Shown: positions 48,974 to 59,057 of the stretch, piece after piece | How the letters are laid out: each line of letters begins with the position of its first letter | How positions within the stretch are numbered: the first letter of the stretch is position 1 | Source: an uncultured Candidatus Rokubacteria bacterium | Lineage (GTDB): Bacteria > Methylomirabilota > Methylomirabilia > Rokubacteriales > DASRDR01 | Reading direction: 5' to 3' | Assembly: GCA_963812945.1 (NCBI GenBank) | Contig: CAWEXD010000008.1 | Location: 256,172 to 320,171, forward strand | Length of the DNA stretch: 64,000 nt | The notes under the pieces: generated by a model | The model's input: the letters and a program-made list of their open reading frames with translations, nothing else | Told to the model about the DNA's origin: nothing | Databases searched by the model: none | Program-made: the position numbers and the translations under genes

Positions 48974-49528
48974 GTGAGGATCGTCGACCTCCGCCCCGGC
49001 GATGCGCCGCTCATCCGCCAGGTGGCGGAGCTGCTCGTGGATGGCTTCCGGGAGCACGAGCCGGAGGCGTTCCCCGACACGGGGGTCGCGCTGGCGGAGG
49101 TCCGGAGGTCATTCGATCCGCAGCGACTGAGCCGGGTGGCGGTGGAGGCGCCGGGGACGGCGCTCGGGTGGATCGGCGGGATCCCGCACAACCGCGGCCG
49201 AGCCTGGGAGCTCCATCCCATGGTCGTGAGACGCGAGCGCCGGCGCCAGGGGATCGGCCGGGCCCTCGTGACCGACTTCGAGGAGCGGGTGCGGGAGCAC
49301 GGCGCCATCACGGTCTGGCTCGGGACCGATGACGTCGACGCCCGGACCAGCCTGGCGGGGGTCGAGCTCTACCCCGACGTGCTGGGGCACGCGGCGGGGC
49401 TCCGGAATCTCCGCGAGCACCCCTTCGAGTTCTACCGGAAGCTCGGCTTCGCCGTGGTCGGGGTCCTCCCGGACGTCAACGGGATCGGCAAGCCCGACAT
49501 CTTCATGGCCAAGCGAGTGGGGCGCTGA
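48974..49528 (+). CDS. GNAT-family N-acetyltransferase
   Basis: 184 aa with a GTG start. The acetyl-CoA motif is RRERRRQGIGRALV. The stop overlaps the livH start (TGATG). Confidence 0.75.
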   Translation: MRIVDLRPGDAPLIRQVAELLVDGFREHEPEAFPDTGVALAEVRRSFDPQRLSRVAVEAPGTALGWIGGIPHNRGRAWELHPMVVRRERRRQGIGRALVTDFEERVREHGAITVWLGTDDVDARTSLAGVELYPDVLGHAAGLRNLREHPFEFYRKLGFAVVGVLPDVNGIGKPDIFMAKRVGR

Positions 49529-50403
49529 TGCCCGGGGTGGCCGAGCTGACCACGCAGCTCCTGAACGGCCTCGTCCTGGGCCTCCTCTACGCCGTCATCG
49601 CGCTCGGGTTCATGCTGATCCTGGGCACGATGGAGGTGATCAACTTCGCCCATGGCGTGCTGTTCGCCCTGGGCGGCTACTTCGCGCTCGCCCTCCAGCC
49701 CCACGTCGGGTGGTGGGGCGGGCTCCTGCTGGCGCCACTCGGCGTGGGTCTCGTCGGGCTCGCGCTCGAGCGGGGCGTCCGCCGGACCTACGGGAAGGAC
49801 CCGCTCTTCGGGCTCCTGTTCACCTTCGGCGCCGCGCTGGCGCTGGAGGAGGTGATCCGGATCGTGTGGACCCCGCGCGGGTACACCATCTCCGCGCCCG
49901 AGTTCGTGGCGGGCCGGTTCCAGTGGGGGTTCCTCGTCTACTCCCGTTACCGGATCCTGGTCGCGGTGCTCGCGGTCGTCCTGCTCCTCTTGGTGTGGTG
50001 GTTCATCGAGCGGACGCCCTACGGCGCCATCATGAAGGCCGGCGCCCACGACAGCGAGATGGTGCGAGCGCTCGGCATCGACCTCGGCCGCATGCGGAGC
50101 CTGGTGTTCGCGCTCGGGACCGCGATGGCCGGTCTCGCCGGCGTGATCGCGGCCCCCATGTGGAGCCTCAAGCCCACCATCGGCGCCGAGGCGGTCATGC
50201 CGGCCTTCATCGTGGTCGTGATCGGCGGGATCGGCTCGTTCTGGGGGGCGGTCGTCGGCGGCCTCCTGCTCGGGACCGTGAGCGGGCTGTCGAACCTCCT
50301 GGTCCCGCGGGGCTCGATCCTCGTGATGTACGTCCTGATGGCCGCCGTGCTTCTCTGGCGCCCCCGGGGTCTCATGGGCCAGAAGTCGGTCCTGGAGCTC
50401 TAA
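49528..50403 (+). CDS. livH: branched-chain amino acid ABC transporter permease LivH-type
   Basis: 291 aa with the typical LivH N-terminus (LLNGLVLGLLYAVIALGFMLILG). Confidence 0.9.
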   Translation: MPGVAELTTQLLNGLVLGLLYAVIALGFMLILGTMEVINFAHGVLFALGGYFALALQPHVGWWGGLLLAPLGVGLVGLALERGVRRTYGKDPLFGLLFTFGAALALEEVIRIVWTPRGYTISAPEFVAGRFQWGFLVYSRYRILVAVLAVVLLLLVWWFIERTPYGAIMKAGAHDSEMVRALGIDLGRMRSLVFALGTAMAGLAGVIAAPMWSLKPTIGAEAVMPAFIVVVIGGIGSFWGAVVGGLLLGTVSGLSNLLVPRGSILVMYVLMAAVLLWRPRGLMGQKSVLEL

Positions 50404-50416
50404 GGGCCTGTCCCCC

Positions 50417-51454
50417 TTGGGAACCGTCGTCGCCCGCTGGGCGCCCCCTCCCATGCTGGCGATGTTCGCCCTGTTCCTCGTGCTCCCGGCCGTCCTGCCG
50501 CGTCTCGGCTACACGTACCTCGGCACCGAGGTCATGATCTGGGCCATCTTCGCGCTGGGCTACAACCTCCTGCTCGGGTACACGGGACTTCCGGCCTTCG
50601 GTCACGGGGCGTTCTTCGGCATCGGCGGTTACGTGCTCGGGATGACGCAGAAGTGGCTGACCGGCGGGCTCGCCCTCCCGCTGGTCGCTGCCGCGCTGGG
50701 GACGCTCGTCTGCGGCGCCGCCGTGGCGCTCTTCGTCGCCCGGCGGCGCGGGATCTACTTCTCGCTCCTGACCATCGCGTTCGGCGTGATGTTCTGGTTC
50801 ATGGTGTTCGTCTTCGACACGTGGACCGGCGGCGAGGACGGGCTCACCGGGATCAACCGGCTGACGCTTCTCGGCTACCCGCTGCGCGACAACGTGCCGT
50901 TCTACTACTTCGTGTACGCGTGGTTCGTCGGAGCCACCGTCGTGCTCTGGCGGATCGTCAACTCGCCGTTCGGCCAGGTCATCCGGGCGATCCGGCAGAG
51001 CGAGACACGGGCCCGCGCGGTGGGCTACGACACGGCGCGGTACAAGTGGGCGGTCTTCACGCTCTCGTGCGCGTTCGCGGGCCTGGCCGGGGGCCTCTAC
51101 GCGCTGGCGCGGTTCGGGGCATTCCCCGAGCCGATGAGCCTCTCGCAATCGGGCAACGTCGTCCTCATGTGCCTGATCGGCGGTGGATTCGCGAGCTTCT
51201 ACGGGCCGGTCCTCGGTGTCGTGGTGTTCCTCGTCCTGCGCGACGTGCTGTCGACCATGACGGATCACTGGCTCTTGGCCTACGGGGTGCTCTTCATGGC
51301 GGTGATCCTGTTCATGCCGGAGGGCATTCTCGGCGTCGTCCGGCGGCTCCGTCAGCCCGCCGGGTTCCACGACACGGAGGCCGCGCAGGCCGCGCGCCAG
51401 GGAGAGCCGGTGGTGCCCGGCACTTCGGGCGCGCCGGGAGAGCGCGTGCCGTGA
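50417..51454 (+). CDS. livM: branched-chain amino acid ABC transporter permease LivM-type
   Basis: 345 aa with a LivM-like core. The TTG start is assumed; an alternative ATG lies ~36 nt downstream. Confidence 0.85.
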   Translation: MGTVVARWAPPPMLAMFALFLVLPAVLPRLGYTYLGTEVMIWAIFALGYNLLLGYTGLPAFGHGAFFGIGGYVLGMTQKWLTGGLALPLVAAALGTLVCGAAVALFVARRRGIYFSLLTIAFGVMFWFMVFVFDTWTGGEDGLTGINRLTLLGYPLRDNVPFYYFVYAWFVGATVVLWRIVNSPFGQVIRAIRQSETRARAVGYDTARYKWAVFTLSCAFAGLAGGLYALARFGAFPEPMSLSQSGNVVLMCLIGGGFASFYGPVLGVVVFLVLRDVLSTMTDHWLLAYGVLFMAVILFMPEGILGVVRRLRQPAGFHDTEAAQAARQGEPVVPGTSGAPGERVP

Positions 51455-52266
51455 CCACCGCGGCGCCGTCCGGAGCGCGGGCAATGCCCGTCCTCGAGAC
51501 CCGTGGTCTTCGGAAGGCCTTCGGCGGCCACGTCGTCCTCGACGGGGTGGACCTCGCCTTCGAGGCGGGCCGCCTGTCGGCCCTGATCGGGCCGAACGGG
51601 GCGGGGAAGACCACGTGCTTCAATCTCCTGACCGGCTTTCTCGCCGCGGACGCCGGCGAGATCCGCTTCCGGGACCAGGACATCACGCGCCTGCCGCCGC
51701 ACCGACGGGCGCGACTCGGGATCTGCCGGTCGTTCCAGGTGCTCAATCTCTTCGACGACGGCACCGTGCTCGAGAACGTGCGGCTGGCCGTGCCGGCGAT
51801 GCGCGCGCGGGGCTTCGACTGCTGGACCCCGGCCGGGACGGTGAGCGAGGCCGAGGACCGGGCGGCCCGGATCGTGCGCCTGATCGGTCTCGCCGGGCGG
51901 GAGGGCGCCGCCGCGCGTTATCTTTCCTACGGCCAGCGCCGCTTGCTCGAGATCGGGGTGGCCCTGGCGGGGGAGCCCGAGCTGCTCCTCCTCGACGAGC
52001 CGACGAGCGGGCTGGGGATGCGCCCGATGGAGACGCTCCGAGAGCTGGTCCAGCAGCTCTCCTCGCGCCTCACGATCGTGGTGATCGAGCACGACATGGA
52101 CTTCGTGCTGACGCTCTCCCACCACGTGGCGGTGCTGCATCGCGGCCGGGTCATCGCGGAGGGCCCGCCCGCGGCAATCCGGGAGCACGCCGAGGTGCGC
52201 GAGGCGTATCTCGGCCGGCTGGGGGGCCGCCCGGGGACGCCCGCCCCGCGGGCGACACCCGCGTGA
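51451..52266 (+). CDS. livG: ABC transporter ATP-binding protein LivG-type
   Basis: It has the Walker A motif GPNGAGKTT, the signature LSYGQRR, Walker B LLLLDEP and the LivG-specific C-terminal extension. The GTG start overlaps the LivM stop (GTGA). Confidence 0.9.
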   Translation: MTTAAPSGARAMPVLETRGLRKAFGGHVVLDGVDLAFEAGRLSALIGPNGAGKTTCFNLLTGFLAADAGEIRFRDQDITRLPPHRRARLGICRSFQVLNLFDDGTVLENVRLAVPAMRARGFDCWTPAGTVSEAEDRAARIVRLIGLAGREGAAARYLSYGQRRLLEIGVALAGEPELLLLDEPTSGLGMRPMETLRELVQQLSSRLTIVVIEHDMDFVLTLSHHVAVLHRGRVIAEGPPAAIREHAEVREAYLGRLGGRPGTPAPRATPA

Positions 52267-53003
52267 CGGACTCCTCCGGGGCGCGTCAGGCCTTGCTCGC
52301 CGTCGAGGGGATCGACACGTTCTACGGCGACGCCCAGATCCTGCGCGGGCTCTCGCTCGAGATCCGCGCGGGCCAGGCGGTCTGCCTCCTCGGCCGGAAC
52401 GGGCGCGGGAAGACGACCACGATCAAGAGCATCCTCGGCCTGGTCCCCGTCCGGCGCGGACGGGTCGTCTTCGACGGGCACGACATCACGCGCCTCCCGA
52501 CCCACCTCGTCGCGCGCCGCGGGATCGCCTGGGTGCCGGACAACCGCCGGGTGTTCCCGACCCTGACGGTCGAGCGGAATCTGGCGATGGCGCTCAACCG
52601 GGCGCTGCCGCCCCGCGAGGCGACGCGGGCGTGGACGCTCGAGCGCGTCTACGAGCGTTTTCCGATCCTCGGGCGTCTCCGGCAGCGGATCGGCGAGCAC
52701 CTCTCGGGCGGAGAGGCCCAGCTGGTCGCGATCGCCCGCGCGCTCCTGATGCACCCACGGCTCGTCCTGATGGACGAGCCGTCGCAGGGGCTGGCCCCGC
52801 GCATCGTCGAGGACATCATGGCCGTGATCCAGGAGATCCGTGACGAGGGAATCGCCCTCCTGCTGGTCGAGCAGAACTCCTCGATGGCCCTCGGGCTCGC
52901 CGACCGGGCGTACGTCATCGATGACGGCCGCATCGTCCACGCGGGCCCCGCCGCGGAGCTCGAGGCGAACTCCGCCCTCAAGCACCGCCTGCTGGCCGTC
53001 TGA
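52263..53003 (+). CDS. livF: ABC transporter ATP-binding protein LivF-type
   Basis: It has the Walker A motif GRNGRGKTT, the signature LSGGEAQ and Walker B VLMDEP. The GTG start overlaps the LivG stop (GTGA). Confidence 0.9.
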   Translation: MTDSSGARQALLAVEGIDTFYGDAQILRGLSLEIRAGQAVCLLGRNGRGKTTTIKSILGLVPVRRGRVVFDGHDITRLPTHLVARRGIAWVPDNRRVFPTLTVERNLAMALNRALPPREATRAWTLERVYERFPILGRLRQRIGEHLSGGEAQLVAIARALLMHPRLVLMDEPSQGLAPRIVEDIMAVIQEIRDEGIALLLVEQNSSMALGLADRAYVIDDGRIVHAGPAAELEANSALKHRLLAV

Positions 53004-53025
53004 GGGGGGCCCTCTCCCGATTCGG

Positions 53026-53054
53026 TTGACACCTTCCCCGTTCCGGCCTAGGTT
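53026..53054 (+). promoter_or_regulatory. putative sigma70 promoter (TTGACA, N17, TAGGTT) upstream of the repeat-protein gene
   Basis: The -35 hexamer is perfect, the spacing is ideal and the -10 is weak. A CGGTCGG-ttg-CCGACCG hairpin follows at 53066-53082 in the leader. Confidence 0.35.
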
Positions 53055-53104
53055 CGAAGGTGTAGCGGTCGGTTGCCGACCGGAACGTCGTCAGGGAATC
53101 CACC

Positions 53105-54715
53105 ATGCTACAAAGCGGTCTGTCGATCGTCGGAAGCCTGGCCGACGCGCTGACGCGCGGGATCCACGTGCCCGGCCTCGAGGGCACCGGTCCCGTGTGG
53201 GGCGTGGTGGCCATCGGGAGCGCTGGCGCGCTGCTTCTGCTCGGGCTCATCGGCCGGCGGACCGTGCACGTCCCCGGTGCGGGACGCACGGTCCGGGCGG
53301 CGCTCCCCATGCTGCCTCCGGATGTCCAGTCCGCGGTGGCGACAGCCCTTCAGGCGCAGGAGGCGCAGGACTCCGTCCCGGCGCTCGGCGAGTGGCGCGC
53401 TGAAGCGGATCGCGCAGGGGCGCGAGTAGCCGTCCCGGCCGAGGTTCCCCCCTACCTCTTCGTGGTGCGTCAGGATCAGCCGCACACCTTCAGCTCGCTT
53501 CGCGACCTCGCCTGGGCCCGTCCGGACCTGCTCGGCGTCGTCTTCGATCGACGGTGGATGGGCGATCGGCGCTGCAAGCGCGAGTCGGGGCGCGCGGAGC
53601 GACGGTGCGCCGCCCGCCGCCGCGACTCCGTGGAGCGGACCTGGACCAGGCACGGCTTCGTGCTCGTCCGGCCAGCCGCGCCGGCGCAACCTCTCCCAGC
53701 GCCGAGCGTGCGCCCGCCGGCTCGTCCGGCCGTGTCGGCCGCGCCGGTCACGACCGTGAAGCCGACCGAACCGGTCACGACCGTGAAGCCGACCGCGCCG
53801 GTCACGACCGTGAAGCCGACCGAACCGGTCACGACCGTGAAGCCGACCGAACCGGTCACGACCGTGAAGCCGACCGAACCGGTCACGACCGTGAAGCCGA
53901 CCGAACCGGTCACGACCGTGAAGCCGACCGAACCGGTCACGACCGTGAAGCCGGCCGAACCCGTCACGACCGTGAAGCCGGCCGAGCCGGTCACGACCGT
54001 GAAGCCGGCCGCGGTCATGACCCTGAAGCCGGCCCCGCTACCCCGGCCGAGGGTGGCACCCGGCGCGCCCGCGCGCCCGCGCGCCGGCTGGCGCGGGATC
54101 ACCCGCGGCCTGGGGGTCCTGTTGGCGACCGGCGCCGCGGCGGCGGCGGTTTTCTACCTGGAGCCCTTCGATCGCCTGGGAGAGGTGATCCGCGCTGCGT
54201 TATCCGTCGAGACGGCCACGGCGCCTCCGTCCGCGCCTGTCCGCCCGGTCGTCCCCGAGCCATCGCCTCCGGTCGGGGCGGTGGAGAAGCCGCTCGTCGC
54301 TGCGCCCTCACCCGGATCGAGCCCCTTGCGAGCCTCGCGGCGGGAGCCTGGCGCGGCCGTCCCGACGCCGGCTGCCCCGCCAGAGGCGGCGCGAAGCGCC
54401 GGCGTGCCGCCAGAGCCGGCGCGAAGCGCCGGCGTGCCGCCAGAGGCGGCGCGAAGCGCCGGCGTGCCGCCAGAGGCGGCGCGAAGCGCCGGCGTGCCGC
54501 CAGAGGCGGCGCGAAGCGCCGGCGTGCCGGTGGACCGGTGTGTCACGCCCACGCCGGCGGCGGTGGCGCTTTCGGGAGGCGAGGTGCTCGGCACCATCGT
54601 CGGCGTGCAGATCGACTCCACTGCGGAGACCCCTCGCTGCCTCTACGTCGTGGAGCGCGAGGGTGGAGTGCAGTGGGTGGTCGATTCCGCGCGCGTGCAG
54701 CTTCGGCCGCAGTAG
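53105..54715 (+). CDS. membrane protein with two tandem-repeat linker arrays and a C-terminal PRC-barrel-like domain (hypothetical)
   Basis: 536 aa. It has an N-terminal TM helix, then (PVTTVKPTE)x10, a second TM helix, then (ARSAGVPPEA)x5. The C-terminus (GEVLGTIVGVQIDSTAETPRCLYVVEREGGVQWVVDSARVQ) looks like a PRC barrel. Confidence 0.6.
   Translation: MLQSGLSIVGSLADALTRGIHVPGLEGTGPVWGVVAIGSAGALLLLGLIGRRTVHVPGAGRTVRAALPMLPPDVQSAVATALQAQEAQDSVPALGEWRAEADRAGARVAVPAEVPPYLFVVRQDQPHTFSSLRDLAWARPDLLGVVFDRRWMGDRRCKRESGRAERRCAARRRDSVERTWTRHGFVLVRPAAPAQPLPAPSVRPPARPAVSAAPVTTVKPTEPVTTVKPTAPVTTVKPTEPVTTVKPTEPVTTVKPTEPVTTVKPTEPVTTVKPTEPVTTVKPAEPVTTVKPAEPVTTVKPAAVMTLKPAPLPRPRVAPGAPARPRAGWRGITRGLGVLLATGAAAAAVFYLEPFDRLGEVIRAALSVETATAPPSAPVRPVVPEPSPPVGAVEKPLVAAPSPGSSPLRASRREPGAAVPTPAAPPEAARSAGVPPEPARSAGVPPEAARSAGVPPEAARSAGVPPEAARSAGVPVDRCVTPTPAAVALSGGEVLGTIVGVQIDSTAETPRCLYVVEREGGVQWVVDSARVQLRPQ
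53744..54037. repeat. 27-nt coding tandem repeat, ~10.9 copies (ccggtcacgaccgtgaagccgaccgaa)
   Basis: Copies are perfect or near-perfect. The encoded unit is PVTTVKP(T/A)(E/A). Confidence 0.9.
54380..54529. repeat. 30-nt coding tandem repeat, 5 copies (gccagaggcggcgcgaagcgccggcgtgcc)
   Basis: Four copies are identical and one has a single substitution. The encoded unit is PPEAARSAGV. Confidence 0.9.
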
Positions 54716-54789
54716 CGCGTCTCGCCCACCTCGGCGGCCCGGGCCGCCTCGGGTCGAATCGTCCCGCCTTCCCGCGTGAGGTCCCGAGC

Positions 54790-56043
54790 TCAGGGCCTCG
54801 GCGCGAAGAAGAGCCACGTGATGACCAGGAACACGGGAAGGAGGATGCCGCCGCTGTAGAGCATGTAGCCGAAGAATGACGGCATCCGGATCCGCGCCTC
54901 CTCGGCGATCGCCTTCACCATGAAGTTGGGGGCGTTACCGATGTAGGTGTTCGCGCCCATGAAGACGGCGCCGACGCTGATGGCGGCCAGGATCGCGTGA
55001 GGCACACCCACGACCTCGTCCGGCAGGCCCAGGCCGCGGGCGAGGTTGAGGAAGACCAGGTACGTCGGCGCGTTGTCCAGGAACGACGACAGCGTGCCGG
55101 TCGCCCAGAAGAAGTGCCAGGGCTCCCGCACGCCCAGCTCGCCGCCGCGCGTCCGCAGGATCTCGAGCGCCGGGATCATCGTGAGGAAGATGCCGAAGAA
55201 GAGGACGGCAACCTCGATCATGGGATGCGGCGTGAACTCGTTGGCATGCCGCACCTCGCGCGGCGTCTGCCAGAGGGATAGCAGGGACAGGGCGACGATC
55301 AGGGCTTCCCGCCAGGGGGCATGGAGAAACGCGACGCCGAGCACCACGCCTCCGAGCCACACGAAGTTGAGGGTTCCCTCGAGCCGGAGGGGGCGCCGTT
55401 CCGCCTCGTCGCGGGCTACCACCCGGGCCGGCTCCCACCCGTACGCGACCGAGTCCCACGCGAAGTACGTGAGCAGCAGGACGATCACGGCGAACAGCCA
55501 GTGCGGCCAGAGGCGGAAGGTCCACGTGAACGGGACCCCTTGGAGATAGCCCAGGAAAAGCGGCGGGTCACCGAGCGGCGTGAGCAGCCCCCCGACGTTG
55601 GAGACCAGGAAGATGAAGAAGATCACGGTGTGGGTGATGCGGGTCCGCTGGCGGTTGGTCTGGAGGACCGGGCGGATCAGGAGCATGGACGCGCCGGTCG
55701 TGCCGAGGAACGAGGCGAGGAGGCTGCCGGTCGCCATGAACGTCGTGTTGACCAGGGGCGTCGCTTCCAGGTCGCCGCTCAGGCGAATCCCGCCCGCGAT
55801 CACGTAGAGGGCCGTCAGAAGCAGGATGAACGAGGCGTACTCCTCGGCCGTCTCGAGCAGCGCGTGGGGGTGCCGCACGGCGTAGAGCCCGACCACCGGC
55901 AGCCCCAGGATGCAGGCGACCAGGAGCTTGTTCCGGTTCGACTCCCACCAGTGCGGGATCCAGAGCGGGCACACCGCGATGGCGAGCAGCATCACGGCGA
56001 AGGGGACGGCCGTGTAGGCGGGGAGCGGGCCGGCGAGCACGAC
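54790..56043 (-). CDS. NhaD/ArsB-superfamily ion transporter (sodium:proton antiporter NhaD-like)
   Basis: It has about 11-12 TM helices and the motif IPHWWE near the N-terminus. The start is placed at the GTG at 56043. A longer version from the ATG at 56172 would add a non-protein-like leader. Confidence 0.7.
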   Translation of the reverse strand, partial: VVLAGPLPAYTAVPFAVMLLAIAVCPLWIPHWWESNRNKLLVACILGLPVVGLYAVRHPHALLETAEEYASFILLLTALYVIAGGIRLSGDLEATPLVNTTFMATGSLLASFLGTTGASMLLIRPVLQTNRQRTRITHTVIFFIFLVSNVGGLLTPLGDPPLFLGYLQGVPFTWTFRLWPHWLFAVIVLLLTYFAWDSVAYGWEPARVVARDEAERRPLRLEGTLNFVWLGGVVLGVAFLHAPWREALIVALSLLSLWQTPREVRHANEFTPHPMIEVAVLFFGIFLTMIPALEILRTRGGELGVREPWHFFWATGTLSSFLDNAPTYLVFLNLARGLGLPDEVVGVPHAILAAISVGAVFMGANTYIGNAPNFMVKAIAEEARIRMPSFFGYMLYSGGILLPVFLVITWLFFAPRP

Positions 56044-56122
56044 ATCCACGGTATGCTGGCCCCGGCCGCGTTGGCAACGCCACCGTGCCGGCACGCCCCA
56101 TGTGCTGGACGAGTACACCACC

Positions 56123-56151
56123 TTGCGGGCCTCCGGGTCCTGCGCTAGAGT
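56123..56151 (+). promoter_or_regulatory. putative sigma70 promoter (TTGCGG, N17, TAGAGT) in the divergent intergenic region upstream of the dpp-like operon
   Basis: Sequence only; the hexamers are moderate matches. It sits ~55 nt before the ATG at 56206. Confidence 0.25.
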
Positions 56152-56205
56152 CCGCCCAGGCATCGTCGACATGCCCGTGACGATTCCCGGACCCAGACCT
56201 TCACC

Positions 56206-57216
56206 ATGTCCTTCCGCTTCCTGCTGAGCCGTCTCCTCCTGGCCGTCCTGTCGCTCTGGGGCGTGAGCGTGCTCGTCTTCGGGATCCTGAGGATCCTGCC
56301 CGGGGACCCCGCGCTCCTCATGGCGCCGGTCGGCTCGACGGCCGAGGACATCGAGCGTGTCCGGCGGGAGTTCGGCCTCACGGGGTCCTGGTGGGCGCAG
56401 TACGGCGCATTCTTCCTGAGCCTCTGCCGGGGCAACTTCGGCCGCTCGCTCTGGCTCCAGCAGGACGCGCTCCGCGTGATCCTGGAGCGGCTCCCGGCGA
56501 CGCTCGAGCTGGCGCTCAGCGCGCTCGTCCTCGCGACGGGGGGCGGCATCCTGCTCGGCGCCTGCTCCGTGTGGCGGCGTCGGACCTGGCTGGAGTCTGG
56601 CGCGGTCTCGCTCGGCACCCTCGGGATCGCCGTGCCGAACTTCGTCTGGGGCCTCTTGCTGATCGTCGTCTTCGGCGCCATCCTCCAGGTCCTGCCCGTC
56701 TCGGGTCGCATCGCCCCCGAGCACGAGACGGCCGAGGTGACGGGCTCGGCCGTCGTCGACGTCCTGCTGCGACGGGATCCCGCGGCCCTCGGCTCCGTCC
56801 TCCTGCACCTGATCTTGCCGGCGAGCGCGCTGGCCCTCCCGCTCCTGGCCGCCGTGTTTCGCACGGTGCGCTCGGATCTGCTCGGCGCGCTCGCGGAGGA
56901 GTACGTCGTCACCGAGCGGATGAAGGGGCTCGGGGAGGCTCGGATCCTGTTCTGGCGGGTGCTCCGGAACGCGCTCATCCCGACGGTCACGCTGGTCGGC
57001 GTCCAGTTCGGCTTCCTGATCGGCGGCACGGTCCTGATCGAGACGATCTTCACCTGGCCCGGGATCGGGCAGCTCACGCTGCAGGCGTTCCAGTACCGCG
57101 ACTTCCCCCTCATCCAGGGGATCGTGCTCGTCTACGGGGTCATGGTCATCCTCTCCAACCTGGCGGTCGACATGACGTACGCCTTCCTCAATCCGCGTGT
57201 CCGCCTCGCGGCATGA
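56206..57216 (+). CDS. ABC transporter permease (DppB/OppB-like)
   Basis: 336 aa with an N-terminal LLAVLSLWGVSVLVFGILRILPGDPA-type segment. Confidence 0.9.
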   Translation: MSFRFLLSRLLLAVLSLWGVSVLVFGILRILPGDPALLMAPVGSTAEDIERVRREFGLTGSWWAQYGAFFLSLCRGNFGRSLWLQQDALRVILERLPATLELALSALVLATGGGILLGACSVWRRRTWLESGAVSLGTLGIAVPNFVWGLLLIVVFGAILQVLPVSGRIAPEHETAEVTGSAVVDVLLRRDPAALGSVLLHLILPASALALPLLAAVFRTVRSDLLGALAEEYVVTERMKGLGEARILFWRVLRNALIPTVTLVGVQFGFLIGGTVLIETIFTWPGIGQLTLQAFQYRDFPLIQGIVLVYGVMVILSNLAVDMTYAFLNPRVRLAA

Positions 57217-58051
57217 GCGCCTCGGCGTGAACGGCAAGCTCTGGACGGGTGGCGCGATCGCGCTGCTCCTGCTCTTCCTCGCGCTGACCGGCCCCGCGCT
57301 CGCGCCTCACGATCCGAACCGGCAGGACCTGACCTCGGTCCGCCAGCCGCCGGTGTGGGCCGGCGGGGCCTGGCGTCATCCGCTCGGCACCGACAGCCTG
57401 GGCCGGGACGTCCTCTCGCGACTCCTGTGGGGCGCCCGGGTGGCGGTGGTCGTGGCGGTGGCGAGCGCCGTCATCTCGGCGCTGATCGGGGTTCCGGTGG
57501 CGCTCCTCGCGGGCTACGTGCGCGGGCGGGTCGATACGGTGCTGATGCGCGTCGTGGACGTGTGGATGTCGATCCCCGCAGTCCTCCTGGCCATCGCGCT
57601 GATGGCCGTCCTCGGGCTCGGGCTCTGGAAGGTGGTGCTGGCCATCGTCATCGTCGACTGGACCCGGTTTGCCCGCGTCATCCGCGGCGAGGTTCTGGCG
57701 CTCCGGGAGCGCGAGTTCGTGGAGGCGGCCCGCGCGATCGGGCTCCGGCCGCTCCGCGTGATGGCCGAGGAGCTCCTGCCCAACCTGGTCCCCCTGATCA
57801 TCGTGCTCGTCTCCCTCGAGATGGCGATCGCCGTTGGCGTGGAGGCCTTGCTCTCGTTCGTGGGGCTCGGCGTCCAGGCGGCCACGCCGTCCTGGGGCGC
57901 GATGATCGCCGAGGGGCGCGGCTACCTCATGGTCAGCTGGTGGGGCATGGGCGTTCCGATGCTGGCCCTGATCGTGGCGGTGGTGGGCTTCAACCTGCTC
58001 GGGGAAGGCTTGCGCGAGCGCCTCGATCCCCGGCTCCGGACGACCGCGTGA
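57197..58051 (+). CDS. ABC transporter permease (DppC/OppC-like)
   Basis: 284 aa with a permease core. Confidence 0.9.
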   Translation: MSASRHERLGVNGKLWTGGAIALLLLFLALTGPALAPHDPNRQDLTSVRQPPVWAGGAWRHPLGTDSLGRDVLSRLLWGARVAVVVAVASAVISALIGVPVALLAGYVRGRVDTVLMRVVDVWMSIPAVLLAIALMAVLGLGLWKVVLAIVIVDWTRFARVIRGEVLALREREFVEAARAIGLRPLRVMAEELLPNLVPLIIVLVSLEMAIAVGVEALLSFVGLGVQAATPSWGAMIAEGRGYLMVSWWGMGVPMLALIVAVVGFNLLGEGLRERLDPRLRTTA

Positions 58052-58097
58052 CCGGGCGCATGGTGTCCGTCGCGGTCTTCGCCGACGGGGCCCTCCG

Positions 58098-59057
58098 GTG
58101 ATCACCCCCGTCCTCGAGGTCGACGGGCTCACCGTCCGCTATGGGCGGAGGCTGGCGGCGTGGGCCGTCGATCTGACGCTCGGCCCCGGCGAGGTCCTCG
58201 GGCTGGTCGGGGAGTCGGGCGCCGGGAAGTCGACGGTGGGACGGGCGGTCGTGGGGCTCCTGCCCGAGCCGGGGCGCGTGGAGGCCGGCGCGATCCGCCT
58301 CGACGGCCGCGACCTGGTCGGGTTGTCTCCCGCCGAGATGCGCCGGCTGCGCGGCGCCGACATCGGGCTCGTCCCGCAGGACCCGGTCGCCGCGCTCAAC
58401 CCCGCTTTCCGCATCGGTCTGCAGGCGACCGATGCGCTCAGGATCCACCGCGGGCTCTCGCGCCAAGCGGCCGACGCCGAGATGGCGCGGCGCTTCGACG
58501 ACCTCGGCATGCCCGATCCGGCCGACCTGCTGCAGCGCTACCCGCACGAGCTGTCGGGCGGGATGCGGCAGCGCGTGCTCATCGCCATGGCGTTCTCGTG
58601 CGAGCCCAAGCTCGTCATCGCGGACGAGCCGACGACGGCGCTCGACGTCACCACGCAGGCCCAGATCCTGCGGCTGCTGCAGGATCTCCAGGCCAGGCAT
58701 CGCGTCGCCACGCTGTTCGTCACGCACGACCTGGGCGTCGTCGCGCACCTGGCGCAGCGAGTCGGCGTGATGTACGCCGGCTGTCTCGTGGAGTCCGCGC
58801 CGACCGACGAGCTCTTCCGGGGGGCCGCGCATCCCTACACGCAGGGGCTCCTGGCACAGGTGCTCCGGGCCGACAGTCGCGCCGAGGCCAGCGCGGCCCT
58901 CGAGGGCCTCATGCCGGTCCTGACCGCGCCGCCTCGCGCATGCCCGTTCCGCGATCGGTGCCCGAAGCGGATGGCGGCCTGTGACGAAGTGATGCCGGCG
59001 TTCCGCGAGATCGCCTCCGGCCACTCGGTCGCCTGCCACCTGTACGAGGCGGCGTGA
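58098..59057 (+). CDS. ABC transporter ATP-binding protein (DppD/OppD-like)
   Basis: It has the Walker A motif GESGAGKST, the signature LSGGMRQR, Walker [11 protein letters not shown] and a C-terminal oligopeptide-transporter Cys motif. Confidence 0.9.
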   Translation: MITPVLEVDGLTVRYGRRLAAWAVDLTLGPGEVLGLVGESGAGKSTVGRAVVGLLPEPGRVEAGAIRLDGRDLVGLSPAEMRRLRGADIGLVPQDPVAALNPAFRIGLQATDALRIHRGLSRQAADAEMARRFDDLGMPDPADLLQRYPHELSGGMRQRVLIAMAFSCEPKLVIADEPTTALDVTTQAQILRLLQDLQARHRVATLFVTHDLGVVAHLAQRVGVMYAGCLVESAPTDELFRGAAHPYTQGLLAQVLRADSRAEASAALEGLMPVLTAPPRACPFRDRCPKRMAACDEVMPAFREIASGHSVACHLYEAA

